Source: Octopus vulgaris (taxonomy: Eukaryota). Taken from it: DNA of 64,000 bases. A program made the position numbers and the translations under genes. Position 1 is the stretch's first letter; each line of letters opens with the position of its first letter. The DNA lies in the NCBI GenBank assembly GCA_951406725.2, contig OX597839.1, positions 38,254,001 to 38,318,000 on the forward strand, written 5' to 3'. Positions 43,666 through 58,392 of this stretch are shown here, in pieces. The notes beneath the pieces are model-generated. The model worked only from the letters and a program-made list of their open reading frames with translations. It did no database searches and was not told the origin of the DNA.

Positions 43666-44922
43666 TTAGGTTGTCAAGAAAGTTCTTGCGGAATTTTTAA
43701 TTTTTGGTTTTAAATTATGCATTTTCAAATTAATTGTCGTTAAATTTGACTTTATATATCATTTTAAATCCCGTTTTTCGCTCTTTCTAATCGTGTTACT
43801 CTTTCCCTCTTTGAATAATTAGGCCATTTTTTTCCGGAACGTTGAATACAACATGGACAAAAAGCAAATTCGCACAATTTTCTTATTCCATTTCAAGCTC
43901 GCGATATCAATGATGCGTTTGGCCCAGGAACCACTAATGTACGTACAGCACAATGGTGGTTCAAGAAATTTCGTAGCGGTGACGAGAGTCTTGGAAGAGG
44001 ATAAGCGTAGTGGTCGGCCATTGGATGTTGACAACGATCAACTAAGAGCCTTAGTCGAAGCCAATCCACGCACAACTGTTCGAGAGCTTGCATCTGAATT
44101 AGATAAAACGTATACAACAATTTCCAACCGCTTGAAAGAGATTGGGAAAATAAAAAATACTTGAGAAATGGGTGCCGCATGAATTGAACGACAACCAAAA
44201 AAAAGATGCCGTTTTGAAGTGTCGTCTTTCCTTCTTTTACGCAACAAGGACGACCCGTTTCTCGACCGGATTGTGACTTGCGATGAAAAGCAGATTCTTT
44301 ACGACAACCGGTGACGCTCAGCTTAGTAGTTGGACGTCGACGAAGCTCCACGGCACTTCCCGAAGCCAAAGTTGCACCAAAAGAAGGCCATGGCGACTGT
44401 TTGGTGGGTCAGCGGCCGGTCTCATCCCTCACAGCTTTTTGGATCCAGGCAAAACCATTACGGTGGAGAAGTACTGTCAGCAAATGGATGAAATGCATTA
44501 GAAACTCCGACAACAACAGCCAGCATTGATCAATAGAAAAGGACCAATTCTTCAGCACGACAACGCTCGATCGCACAACTGACCCTGTAGAAGTTGAACG
44601 AATTGGGCTACGAAACTCTGCCTCATCCGCCATACTCACCAGACCTCTCGCCTTCCGACTACCGCTTTTTCAAGCATCTCGACAACTTCCTGCGTGAGAA
44701 ATGCTTCAAAAACCAAAACGATGCCAAACACGCCTTCAACGACTTCATCACCACCAGAACGTAGGATTTTTACGCTACTAGCATAAATAAACTTGTTTCG
44801 CGTTGGAAAAAGTGTGTTGATTCTGATGGTGTTTATTTCAATTAATAAAGTTTTATTTGAGCCGAGATATGTTCATCTGAATTTAAAGGTTAAAAACCGC
44901 AAGAACTTTCTTGACAACCTAA
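43666..44922 (+). mobile_element. Full-length mariner transposon with pseudogenised D,D34D transposase (about 43853-44845)
   Basis: TIR TTAGGTTGTCAAGAAAGTTCTTGCGG at both ends, 5' TA; WVPHEL, IVTCDEK, HDNAR and HPPYSPDLSPSDY motifs; frameshifts and stops. Confidence 0.96.
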
Positions 44923-45339
44923 AACTATATCTGGACTGATATTGTTGATCCCAACATGAAGGACTTGTTCGATAACTAATCAGTCGATTTTGTTGACAGG
45001 GGCCTCATACCAGTGAGACGAGAACGATGCGCACTAAAGTTTTAAAGCTGGCGAGAGTAAAGCCCCAAAATAGTGTGCATTCTCTCCTAATGGCTTTGAA
45101 ATCTACTGGCGTCCGGTATGCGAAGCTTTCCATTCACAATACACGAGTAATCTGTTTGCTGGACTCATCACACAACATGCCCTCGATAGAAGATAAAAAG
45201 AAAAGAGGTACTAGGAAATAAAGACGGGTGTGAGAGACAGGAAAATAGAGGTAGTGGGTAGGATAAAAGAGAGTGGGAGGAGGAAAGAATGACATAGTGG
45301 GAGATAGAAGAGAGGCAGGAGAGAGTAATGAGAGAAGGG

Positions 45340-45853
45340 GAGAGAAAGAGTGAGAAAGAGAATTGAGAAAAAGGGAGAGAGAGTAGGAGAAAGGATTGAG
45401 AGAGGGTAGGAGACAAGATTGAGAGAGAGGGAGGGAAAGAGAAGGAGGGAGAGAAAGTAAGAAAGAGAATAAAGAACAGGGGAGAGAGAAAGGGAGGCAG
45501 GATTAAGAGAGAAAGTAAGAGACAGAATTGAGAGAGAGAGAGAGAGAGCGAAAGAGAATTGAGAAAAAGGGAGAGAGAGTAGGAGAGAGACTTGAGAGAG
45601 GGTAGGAGACAAGATTGAGAGAGAGGAAGGGAAAAAGAAGGAGGGAAAGAAAGTAAGAAAGAGAATAAAGAACAGGGGAGAGAGAAAGGGAGGCAGGATT
45701 AAGAGAGAAAGTAAGAGACAGAATTGAGAGAGAGAGAGAATTGAGAAAATGGGAGAGAGAATTGAAGGGGAGTAGGAGACAGAATTGAGAGAGAGTAGGA
45801 ACAGAACTGAGTTAGAAAGAGAGAGAAACAGAGAGGGAGTAAGTAACAGAATT

Positions 45854-45890
<37 letters not shown>
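45340..45890 (+). repeat. Purine-rich tandem duplication with unit of about 190 bp
   Basis: Repeated aaagagaattgagaaaaagggagagagagtaggaga...gaggcaggattaagagagaaagtaagagacag. Confidence 0.8.
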
Positions 45891-45894
<4 letters not shown>

Positions 45895-45923
45895 AATAGG
45901 AGACAAATTAGGAGCCATCTTAC

Positions 45924-46053
45924 CAGCAGTGGACATCATTAATCTTCAGTTTTTCGTTTCGTTTAAAATGGTAGGCTGTGTGCAGAACACTTTGTAGACA
46001 TTGTTGTACGACAGTGTAGCCTTGTGGGTAGAGTTGTTGACATTGGTCCTCGC
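45924..46053 (-). CDS. Cys-rich gene, domain 2 first half: EDQCQQLYPQGYTVVQQCLQSVLHTAYHFKRNEKLKINDVHC(W)
   Basis: ccccctctgcag| acceptor, TG|gtaag donor; phase 1-2; splices in frame to 41276. Confidence 0.85.
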
Positions 46054-46775
46054 CTGCAGAGGGGGTGGGTACAGAAAACGGAACATTAATTACAACAGCG
46101 ACAATAATAACTACAACAATCAAATAATTGGTTCGAACAAAGACACAAGGCCTGAAATTTGAGGGTGGGATGTGCGTAGTCGGTGCTATGGACCCCAGTG
46201 AATGTCTGGTATTTTATTTTATCGAATTTAGGCCTACAGAGTGAAGTGGGTGGCCAGATTGTTAGGTATTGCGCTCGCGATCGCAAGATCATGGTTTCGG
46301 TTCCCAGACCGTGCAGTGTGTTGTGTTCTTGAGCCAAAACACTTCATTTCGTTCCATGTTACTCCGATCCACTCAGTGGTAGATAAGCGACCCTACGGCG
46401 AACAGGCGTCCTGGCGGAGGTGGGGAGGACTGTTGTGATCCCGGTCACTAACATGTATGGAAAGTGAGTAGCCGGCTCGGATACTTATTCAATCTGTCTG
46501 AATTTAAAGTAACGATCGTGAGGTTGTGAGTTCGAATCCCGGGCCGGACTGCGTGTTGTGTTCTTGAGCAAGAAAAAAAGTGCAAGGGTGTACTTCTTTT
46601 CTTGAGGGATGCATGTGTCCCATAGGATCTCCATTGGTTGTATTAGATTCCATGTTACCAGTAGCACCCATGAGGGACCTCACAAGGGACCAGTGTATTG
46701 TATAGTAACAGATAGTATAGCATAGAGAAGTGTACTATAATGTAATATAGAATAGTATAGAATAGTCTTGCATGA

Positions 46776-47105
46776 AGGTGCATGGCTCAGTGGTTAGAGC
46801 GCCGGTCGTAAGATTGTGAGTTCAATTCCCGGACTGGGCTGCGTGTTGTGTTCTTGAGCAAGACCCTTTATTTCACGTTGATCCAGTTCACTCATCTGTA
46901 GAAATGAGTTGCGACGTCACAGGTGCCAAGCTGTATCGGCCCCTTTGCCTTTCTCTTGGATAACATCAGTGGTATGGAAAAGAGGGGAGGCTGGTATGCA
47001 TAGGCAACTGCTGGTCTTCCATTGACAACCTTGCCCGGACTTGTGTCTGGGAGGGTAACTTCCTAGGTTCAATCCCGTGGTCAGTCATGACCGAAGGGGG
47101 TCTCA
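46776..47105 (+). mobile_element. SINE family B
   Basis: Homologous to 24519-24826. Confidence 0.82.
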
Positions 47106-47666
47106 ACAACTGTTATTGTTACTGTTGCTATCGTAATTGTTGTTGTTGCTGTTATCATTGTTGTTGTTGTTGTTGTCGAGATTCTTCTTGTTGTTGCTGT
47201 TGTTGTAGTTGTTGTTACTGTTATGTCGTTAATATTGTTCTTGTCGTTGTTATCGGAGTTGTTGTTGCTGTGGTTATTATCATTGTTGCTACAGCTGAGG
47301 CTGTTAGTGTTTTTGTCCTTATTGTTGTTGTAGATATTGTTGTTGTTGTTGTTGTTGTATTGCATGTTGTTTTCAACAGTTGTTGTTGTTGTTGTTGTTT
47401 TTCAAGATGGGGACAGAAAAGGACACAGAATTACCACTAATTAATTGCATTTGATTTTTTAATTGATATTCAGATAATTAGGCAACAAAAGAATTTTAAA
47501 CAAAAATACAAATATATAAAAAAGCAATACTGCAAAAAAAAATAAATAAATACGACGCAAATGAGAAAATGTAACATGGTGAAATTTAAACTTAAAATTT
47601 TTAAATTATACAAACGAAATGTTAGAATTATTATTATTATCATTATTATTATTATTATTATTATTA

Positions 47667-47709
<43 letters not shown>

Positions 47710-47735
47710 CATTATTATTATTATTATTATTGTTA

Positions 47736-47788
<53 letters not shown>

Positions 47789-48058
47789 GTTGTTGTTGTT
47801 GTGATGGCGACACGCTGTCGGAATCGTTAGCACGCCGGGCAAATTGCTTAGCGGCATTTCGTCCGCTTTTACGTTCTGAGTTCAAATTCTGCCGAGATCG
47901 ACTTTGCCTTTCCATTCTTTCGGGGGTCGATAAAATAAGTACCAGTTCAACACTGAGGTCGATGTGATCAAATTGTCCCCACCTCTCCCAAGGTGCCCTT
48001 GTGGCAAAAATTTGAAATAATAATAATAATAATAATTATTATTATTATTATTATTATA

Positions 48059-48153
<95 letters not shown>

Positions 48154-48216
48154 AATTATTATTATTATTATCATTATTATTATTATTATTATTAACTTTA
48201 TTATTATTATTATTAT

Positions 48217-48298
<82 letters not shown>

Positions 48299-48338
48299 AT
48301 TATTATTATTATTATTGTTATTATTATTGTTATTATTA

Positions 48339-48373
<35 letters not shown>

Positions 48374-49311
48374 ATTATTATTATCATTATTAATATTATT
48401 ATTATTATTATTGTTCGCTGCGAGATACATAAGATGTTCTTTCGAAAAACGCTTTGTAAATTATGCTTTATACTGTGTCATATCTGTACAAATATATGTT
48501 ATCAATTTTTCTTATAAACTGACAATAAGAACACTGAGAACCTGTTGATAGGTTTTTAGTGGCTATTTCTGCTCCGTAAGGGGCAGTATTTATTCATTTA
48601 ACTATCCATTGCATTCAAGAAAAAAGACACAAACAAAAAAGATGGCGTCGTCATCATCACTATTATCATCAGCATCAACAACCACGGAAGCGCTGAAGGA
48701 GAAAGTCATCTTTCCCACCAACCTTCCTTCAGAAAAAGACTTCCCCATCTTCCCGTACACTTCAAGGCGGTCCGGCCATGTCACACATTACATTGCAATG
48801 ATTCTAGTTGAGAATTACGTTAACACTCCTCAAGTATCTGCGGATTAGTCAACCACTTAAACGTTTCTAAATCGAATCACGTGAGATCAATTACACAGAC
48901 AGCTGCAAAACTTATCGTCGAAAGCGACGAAGATCCATATAGTATTTTGGATCTATAAAACTACAGGCCACAGTGTGTATATAGATGCGATTATATTCAG
49001 TAGACATTAAACAGTACAACACTTCCCTCTATGCATATATATAAGAAATTATTGTTTACTTAGTGAGTGTCGCACTTACTGGTGTGTATATAATAAATAT
49101 TTACAAACACATGGTCTACATTTCCAGAGTGTATATAAGTTTGTGTGTATGAGAGAGAGAGAAAGAGAATGTGTGTATGAGTATGTATATATACGTGTGT
49201 GTAAACATATACATATAAATACATATATATATATATACCTATATATGTGTGTGTGTGTGTGTGTGTAATGCATACGCAGAGATGTATATATGCGTGTGTG
49301 TATACATATAC

Positions 49312-49354
<43 letters not shown>

Positions 49355-49535
49355 TGTGTGTGTGTGTGTGTGTGTAATGCATACACAGAGATGTATATAT
49401 GCGTGCATTTACATGCATATATATTTATGCATGTATATCTCTGTATAGGTATATATACATTTATCTATATGAATGCTTACATGTATATGTAATGTGTGTA
49501 CATATATGCATATATATACATGCATGCGCACACAC

Positions 49536-49586
<51 letters not shown>

Positions 49587-49757
49587 TATATATACGCATT
49601 CTATATATATATATATATATATACACACACATTCTATATATATATATATATACATATACATACATAGACTTGTACACATACATGCAATATTGTGTGGCTG
49701 TGACGTACGCCTGTTTCCCAGCCTCTGCGTACATATTTGTGAGTAAGAGTGTGAATG

Positions 49758-49799
<42 letters not shown>

Positions 49800-49973
49800 C
49801 GTGCGTGTGTGTGTGTGTGTCTGTGTGTGTAAGCAAAACATTGTGTGTGGTTTCAGTTTAAAATTAACTGCCACCATTTATAACTTCTTGCCGCTATTTA
49901 TACACTCCAGGTATCGCACACACATGTGTATAATTACAGATGTATGTGTACATATATATATATACATACATGC

Positions 49974-50004
<31 letters not shown>

Positions 50005-50210
50005 CATATATATATACATACATATATATGTATATATATTCCTGTGTATGTATGTATATATATATATATATGTATATATATATGTATATTTATATGTATG
50101 TATATGTATATATATATATATATATGAAAAATATACGTACAGATTAACTATAATGAAGTTTCACAGGTTAGTTTGAGTATGTATGTCTATTATATATGTT
50201 TGCATGTATG

Positions 50211-50272
<62 letters not shown>

Positions 50273-50362
50273 TATACATATAAATACGTATATATATGTA
50301 TGTATATATATATATAGATATACATAGATATATATTTATACATATACATACATATACATATA

Positions 50363-50407
<45 letters not shown>

Positions 50408-50515
50408 CAAATATATTTATACAGAGAAAGGGTGATGACTGTATGTCTACCTGTGTATGTGCGTATGTGTATTGAGAATGGAAGACAGAGTTAGAGAGAG
50501 AGAGAGCGTACGTGT

Positions 50516-50553
<38 letters not shown>

Positions 50554-50821
50554 GGGGAAAATGGAAAGAGAGAATGAGAAAGGGCATCTGTGTCTATGCA
50601 CACACATAGCTACACAAACACACACACACACACACACATGCACACACCACACACACACCACACACCATATGTGTGTGTGTGTGTGTGTGTGTACAGAAGC
50701 GCATGTCTGTGTGTGTGTTTCAATGCAAACAGTCTATCCATCTTTTGTAACTTTAACAATCAGTAATGGTCCTCTCCTCAAATTCTCCCTCAGTCACACA
50801 CACATAGAAACATGCGCGCAC

Positions 50822-50896
<75 letters not shown>

Positions 50897-50899
<3 letters not shown>

Positions 50900-51130
50900 T
50901 TTTATTATTTTACCTGCTTCAGTCGTTTGACTGCGACCATGCTGGAGCACCGCCTTTAGTCGAACAAATGGACCCCAGGACTTATTCTCTGTAAGCCTAG
51001 TACTTATTCTATTGGGCTTTTTGCCGAACCGCTAAGTTACAGGGATGTAAACACACCAACACCATTTGTCAAGCGATGGTGGTGGGACAAACACAGACAC
51101 ACAAAAATATACAAATACATACATATACAT
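50897..51130 (-). mobile_element. SINE family C, 3' half
   Basis: Family motif. Confidence 0.8.
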
Positions 51131-51149
51131 ACATATATATGTATATATG

Positions 51150-51458
<309 letters not shown>

Positions 51459-51689
51459 ATATATATATTTAAAATTTATAAGTTTAAATTATTTTAATAA
51501 TTTTTTAATTTTTAACTTTTATATTTTTAAATTAATTTTATGTATTGGCTTATGTTTTTCACTATTTGATTTGCCTAATAGTGGTTTTATCTCTAATTTA
51601 ATATAATATAATATAATATATTTATACTATAAAATTAGATTTAATCCTAAATCTAATTTTTCCCTGTAAGTTTGGATTTATTCCCTAAT

Positions 51690-51741
<52 letters not shown>

Positions 51742-52689
51742 CAAAAGTGGGACAAAAACGCAAAACATCCGGACAGTTAGGTGATACAAAAAAAGGGGCA
51801 ATGAAGCACACAGACAGACGATACAAAGAAAACAAGGACGGAAAAAAACGGAGAAATGGTACACAAATACAAACAACAGGATATTAATAACAGGTCTCTT
51901 TCGACCAAGGACGAATTAAATTAAGCTAGCGTGTGTGGAAGTAAAGCCTTACGGCAGGGACATATACTTTGACAAGCGCAGGGAGGAATATAGATGTTGC
52001 ACAGGTGGTAGTCGAACCAAGAAAGAAAGGTCAGTTTTCGTCTACCAAATCCACTTACTATGGTGGTAACGGCAGTGGCGTTGTTATTGCTGTTCTTATT
52101 GTTGCTAGTGGTGGTAGTGGTGTAGGTGTTGTTGATGTTATGGCTATTATGGTTATTGGCTCTCTTTTGGTCGGTCCGAGGCTCTTGCAGAAGACACTTG
52201 CTCAAGCTGCCACGCAGTGGGACTGAACCTGGAACCATACGGTTGGGAAGCAAGCTTCTTACCACACAGCCATGCCAGCATATATATACATATATATACA
52301 TACTTACAGACACTCACACACACGCACACAATGATATATAAATTGGTGCGTGTTTAAAGGCGTGTGGCAAAGAGTGTGTACGTAATGAAACAATGTATGT
52401 ATATACATATATACCCCTATAAATGAATTAGAACAGTCTAGAAGTATTAGGGAGTATAAACACCACAGAGCTGAGTGTATATGTGTCTGCGTGTGTTAGT
52501 GTATACGTGCATGTATGTAAATGTTTTGTCGTATATATCTACACTTTTGTGTGTAGAAACAAACATATATTTGTTTATATACACACACATGCACACATTC
52601 AGACACACATACATACATATGCATACGTGTATATATATATATATATATACATATCCTTTATATATATATATATCATATACATATACATT

Positions 52690-52771
<82 letters not shown>

Positions 52772-53598
52772 CATATATATGTATATATATATACACGCAC
52801 ACACACACACATACACAGATATATGTGACATGATAAGTGCAAACACAAACGCATACATGTTTGTATGCATGCATGCTTGTATGTGTGTCTGTACGTGAAA
52901 ACGGATCTATGCGTTCTCTCTTAAACTTCAACGATGTTTAAACACCACCACCACCACCACCACCATCTCCACCACAATCTCCACCACCATCTCTCCTACC
53001 AACACCACCACCACCACCACCACCACCGGCGCCGCCGCTATCACCATATATGCTACCACAACATTATCGTCTGCTTCGCTTCCATTATATTTTTTCTTCG
53101 GTTTTTCACTCTACATCTAAGTATTTAATATATTTTCTTAAACCATTTTTTCTTCATCTTTTTTTTCTCCTTGTTTTTCCAGTCATCGTCTGCCATTATT
53201 TTTTTCTGTTCCTTTTCCATTCGTCTTCCTTATTCTTTTACTTCCATTTTTTTTTTTTTTTTACTTTCTTTCATGTTTTTTTTCCTTCTTCCATTTTTTT
53301 TCTTTCTTCCTCTTCTACTTTTTTTATTTTTGTCTATCTTTTCCTTTCCTTTTTATCTTCTTCTTTCCATTATCTACTTTATCGTTTTATCTTTTACATT
53401 TTTTTACTTCTTTCAGTCATTGGACTGCGGCAATGCTGGGGCACCACCTTAAAGGGCTCTTTGTTAAACAAATCGACCCCAATTTTTTTTTTCTTTTTAA
53501 GTCTGGTACCTATTCTATTAACCTCTTTTGCTGAACGTAAATAAACCAACATCGGTAGTCAAATGGTGGTGCGGACAAGCACAAACAAAAAAATAATG

Positions 53599-53644
<46 letters not shown>

Positions 53645-53676
53645 TACACACACATACACACACGCATAGATATATA

Positions 53677-54242
53677 TTGGGTTGTCCGGAAAATCCGCGC
53701 CGATTTTTAAAGGAAAGAAAAAGGTCAATAAATACTTGCCATAACATTTTCAATCAACCAAATATGAACCATTTTGTTGCACAATGCGTCTCCATCTTTC
53801 CTTTAACTTGAAAATACCCTCTTCCCAGAATTGAGGTGGTTTCATGGCAAAGAATACATCAAGGTATCTTTTTACGTTATCCAAGGAATTGAAATTTTTA
53901 CCATTAAGGCTATTCTGCAGAAGCCTGAATAAGTGGAAATCCGAAGGAGCAATATCTGGTGAATATGGAGGGTGGGGTAACACATCCCAGCCGAGCTGCA
54001 GCAATTTTTGTCTGGTTCCCAAAGCATAAAGTACCGAAAATGAACTTTCTTATCTTCCATTTTAAAGAGTTACAGAATTAACACAGGTTATAGGAACATA
54101 AACCTTCTTCCACGAAAAGATAGCTTAAACTGTGCTGTAAATGGAGGTGTAGTCAAATCCTATTTTATGGACTCAACCATGTTCTAAAATAAGTCGAAAG
54201 GTAAGCTACTATAAATCGGCACGAACTTTCTGGACAACCCAA
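53677..54242 (-). mobile_element. Internally deleted mariner (566 bp) with TA TSD
   Basis: TIRs TTGGGTTGTCC at both ends; MEDKKVHFRYFML start fused to LGWDVLPHPPYSPDIAPSDFHLF...RWRRIVQQNGSY. Confidence 0.95.
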
Positions 54243-54489
54243 TACATATATACATATATGTATTATGCACGTATACATGTATGTATTTAAAAAACGCCTT
54301 GGACAGTGGACCAGGCAGTTGGTGCCGGGCGTTCACCAGACTGCCTCTCTGGGTTTCCACGCCAAGTACCAAGTGGGGTACAAGAGTGCAGCAGCAGCTC
54401 TCTTCTTAGCTGACGCCCAACCATTGTCTGATGGCACAAATCTTCCGCTTGACCACAATAACCTTCAAGCCGTTGGTATAGGACTCCAC

Positions 54490-54724
54490 GGCGGCGAACG
54501 AACTGGCAGAAACGTTAGCACGCCGGGCGAAATGCGTAGCCGTATTTCGTCTGCCGTTACGTTCTGAGTTCAAATTCCGCCGAGGTCGACTTTGCCTTTC
54601 ATCCTCTCGGGGTCGATAAATTAAGTACCAGTTACGCACTGGGGTCGATATAATCGACTTAATCCGTTTGTCTGTCCTTGTTTGCCCCTTCTGTTTTTAG
54701 CTCCTTGTAGGTAGTAATGAAATA
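54490..54724 (+). mobile_element. SINE family A with TSD ggtataggactcc
   Basis: TSD at 54475-54487 and 54725-54737. Confidence 0.92.
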
Positions 54725-54803
54725 GGTATAGGACTCCGCTATTTTTGACTAAGCGATCCAATGTCCTACCGCCGATGTCTTTCACCGTATCCCTTGTACA
54801 ATA

Positions 54804-54879
<76 letters not shown>

Positions 54880-55201
54880 TGAGTGAGTGTGTGTGTCTAA
54901 AAGACGAGCTTTCATCAGTTTCCCTCTGCCAAATTCACTCACAAGGCATCGTCCTCCACCACCTCCTCATCATTATCATCATCGTCATCATTATTTTCTT
55001 CATCATCTTCATCGTCATCACCATCATCATGATCATTTTCCTCACCACCATCTTCATCATCATCGTTATCTTCATCATTGCCGTCGTCGTTGTCCTCCTC
55101 CTCATCATCATCATCAATTTCATCACTACCATCATCGTCGATGTCGTTGTCCTCCTCCTCCACCTCATCATCATTGTCATCGTTGTTGTCGTCATCATCA
55201 C

Positions 55202-55232
<31 letters not shown>

Positions 55233-55766
55233 TCCATCGTCGTCGTCGTCGTCGTCATTATCGTCGTCGTCGTCATCACTATCATCATAATCATTATCAT
55301 CATCCGCATCATCATCATTATCATCATCTCCAACGTCGTCGTCCTCCTCCTTCTCTTCCTTCTCCTCCTCCTCCTCTTTCTCCTCCTCCTCCTTCTCCTC
55401 GTCGTCGTCTTCATAATCATCATCATCATCAACAACACACTTAAATACAACAACCTACATCGCGCTGCTGGTGGCAAACACCAAGATCGAGGTTGGTGGA
55501 GCGCCGTTTCCAAGTGGAGGGCCGCGCACTTACACGAATACGACTCTGCGTCCGTCCATCTCTGATCACTGACGCAAAGAATTTTTCGCAATCATCTATG
55601 ATCTCCTGCAGCTCTCCTAATCGGAACCTCACCCCAGGGATGCTGCTTATGGGACAAGGGATCAACTGGCAGTCCCATAAACAAATAAGGGGTGGCCACC
55701 ATGGACATAACGGACGTCATGAAAACGCGGTTTCTATCTAACCTAAGGATGCTGCTCTGAGGGCCA

Positions 55767-55822
55767 TCATTTGGGGCTGAGGGCTGTCTCATACACTGAC
55801 ATGTTTACGTCGGCAGCGTTTT
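55767..55822 (-). CDS. Candidate alternative terminal exon (K)NAADVNMSVYETALSPK*
   Basis: ccctttttctcag| acceptor; phase 1 matches the 59206 donor; lies in a unique GC-richer block (55440-55830). Confidence 0.45.
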
Positions 55823-58202
55823 CTGAGAAAAAGGGTTTGTTTGTTTTTGGGGGCTGGAGGGGTTTGGTTAGTATCATGGTTCTTGCTCGATTTTTTTTTT
55901 TGCTTCTCTATTTCCTAACACACGCTGTATATATACCTACAAAGATATGTGTGTATAATATATCTGTACGTATTGAATATATATATATGTGTGTATGTTA
56001 TATGCACACATACATATATATGCATACACACATGCATATATGTACATTCACACATATGTGCATAAGTATACACAAGCACGCACACATATATATGTACGGA
56101 TATATAAATACCTATCTATATATACACGCATATATATATATATAGAATATAGATACACACACGCACCTACGTATATACATGTGTATCAACATACACACAC
56201 ATACACACACGTATGTATAAATAGAGAGACTTCTATATACGTATATGTGCACAACATACACACACACACTCATATATGTAAATGTATATATATATATATA
56301 CACACACACACATATACAGACATATATACACACCCAAATACACAAATATACACACCACCACATCACACACACACACACACACACACAAAGCAATCCAGCT
56401 AATTTCTTTGTTTCTGTTCTTTTATTTCATCCACCCGTCCCGCACACCTCCACCACCACCCCAGCCAACTCCCGCCCCCACCCCCACCTACCTCACCTTC
56501 GTCTTCTCTAAAATAAAAATTAAAATAAAATAAAAAACAAAAATAAAAACGCTTAGCTTGGCTAAGAAAAAATACATTTTTTTACTTTTTCATGTTTGTT
56601 TCTTTGTATTTTATTTGTTGTTGGTTGTTTTTTTTTTTATTTTATATATTGTTATTTTGTTGGTTTAGTTTTTCCGGTGTTCTATATTTTTATTTTTTAC
56701 TTTTATTTTATTCTATCTTCTTTCTTTATGTTTATTTCTCCTCCACTTCCCAGATGGTCGAATATTCCAGAAAAGACAATTTTTGCTGAATCTTCTTTTT
56801 TTCACTTCCCTTGCTGTTGTTATTGTTATTGTTGTTGTTGTTGTTGTTGTTGTTATTGTTGCTGATGTTGCTATTATTGTTATTGCTGCAGCTGTTGTTG
56901 TTGTTGTTGTTGTTGTTGTGGCAGTGGCAGTGGCAGTGGCAGTGGTGGTGGTGGTTGTGCTGTCGCTGCTGCTGCAGCTGTTGGTGTTGCTGTTGTTGGT
57001 AATGGTGTGACGGTTGTTGTCATTGGTGGTGGTGGTGGTGGTGGTGGTGAATGTTATGTTGTTGTTGTTGTTGTTGTTGTTATTGCTGTTTTCGATGGTG
57101 ATGGTAGTGTTGGCGTTAGTGTTGGTGATGGTGTTGTTACTGTTGTTGTTCTTCTTGGTGGTGGTGGTGGTGGTCGTGGTTGTGTTGTTGTTGTTGATGG
57201 AGGTGGTGGTGGTGGTGGTGGTGGTGGTGGTGGTGGTGGTTGTGCTGGTGGTTGTGTTGGTGGTGGTGGTTGTGGTTTTGGTGGTGGTGGTGGTGGTTTT
57301 GGTGGTGGTGGTGGTGGTTTTGGTGGTGGTTTTGGTGATGGTGGTGGTGGTGGTGGTGGTGGTGGTAGTGCCATTGTTGCTGTTGTTTTTGGTAATGTCC
57401 GTATTGGTAGTGTTGTTGTTGTTGTTATTGGTGGTGATAGTGGTGGTGGTAACAGTAATGTAGCTGATGGTATTGTTGCTGTTGTCGATTTTCTTGTTGC
57501 TGTTGCTTCTATGGTTGTAGCTGGTACAGCTGTTGTTAGTGGTGGTGGTAGTGGTAATGGCGTTGTTACTGCTGTTCTTGTTGTTGCTTGTGGTAGTAGT
57601 AGTGGTGTAGGTGTTGTTGATGTTATGGCTATTATGGTTATTGGCTCTCTTTTCGTCCTCATTGCTTTTGTTGTTTGTACTGTTGTTGCTTTTGTTTTTG
57701 TTGTTGCTGTTACTACTACTGTTATCGTTGTGGTGATTTTTGTTTTTCTTGTAGCAGTTGTTTCTGATGTTGTTGTTGTTATTGCTGTTGTTGTTGTTGT
57801 TGTTGTTGTTGCTGCTGCTGCTGCTTTTGCAGCTGTTTTTGTTGTTGTTGGTGTTGTTGTTGTAATTGTTGTTCTTGCTGTTGTTGTTGTTGTTGTTGTT
57901 GTTCTTGCTGTTGTTACCGTTTAATCTTAGTGCCGATCTCAGATCTATGTTTTAAAAGGCTCCCACCCGTGACTATCCCGTTATATTTACTGCGCTGTAA
58001 CTACGAGGCACTAAAGGAACTGAATTGTAAAACTGGATAAAATGCGAAGAGAAAAATCCGAAAAGGGTTTTTAAGTGGTCAACTTTACCTTTTGACCATA
58101 CGAAATCGATCGAACGTTCAATCGAAAAATAAGTAAATAGATAGAGTGATTGATATATAAATCGATAGATAGATAGACAGACAGACAAATAGATAGATAA
58201 CT

Positions 58203-58238
<36 letters not shown>

Positions 58239-58392
58239 CATACATACATACATACATACATACATACATACATACATACATACATACATACATACATACA
58301 TACATGCATACATACATACATACATAGGCAGGCAGGCAGGCAGGCAGGCAGATAGATAGATAGGTAGATAGACTGATACATACATACATACA

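Noticed and set aside
41050-43713. His-, Thr-, Ser- and Pro-rich ORFs resembling mucins or beak proteins
   Set aside because: Compound trinucleotide repeats without splice boundaries; only 41125-41276 has exon features.
55441-55665. Minus-strand ORF ending in GCCI (prenylation-like)
   Set aside because: No ATG or convincing acceptor in frame; lies downstream of the stop of the 55822 candidate exon.
57007-57924. 305-aa Gly/Val-rich ORF resembling a structural protein
   Set aside because: Composed of GGT/GTT triplet repeats, open in multiple frames, no ATG start or signal peptide.
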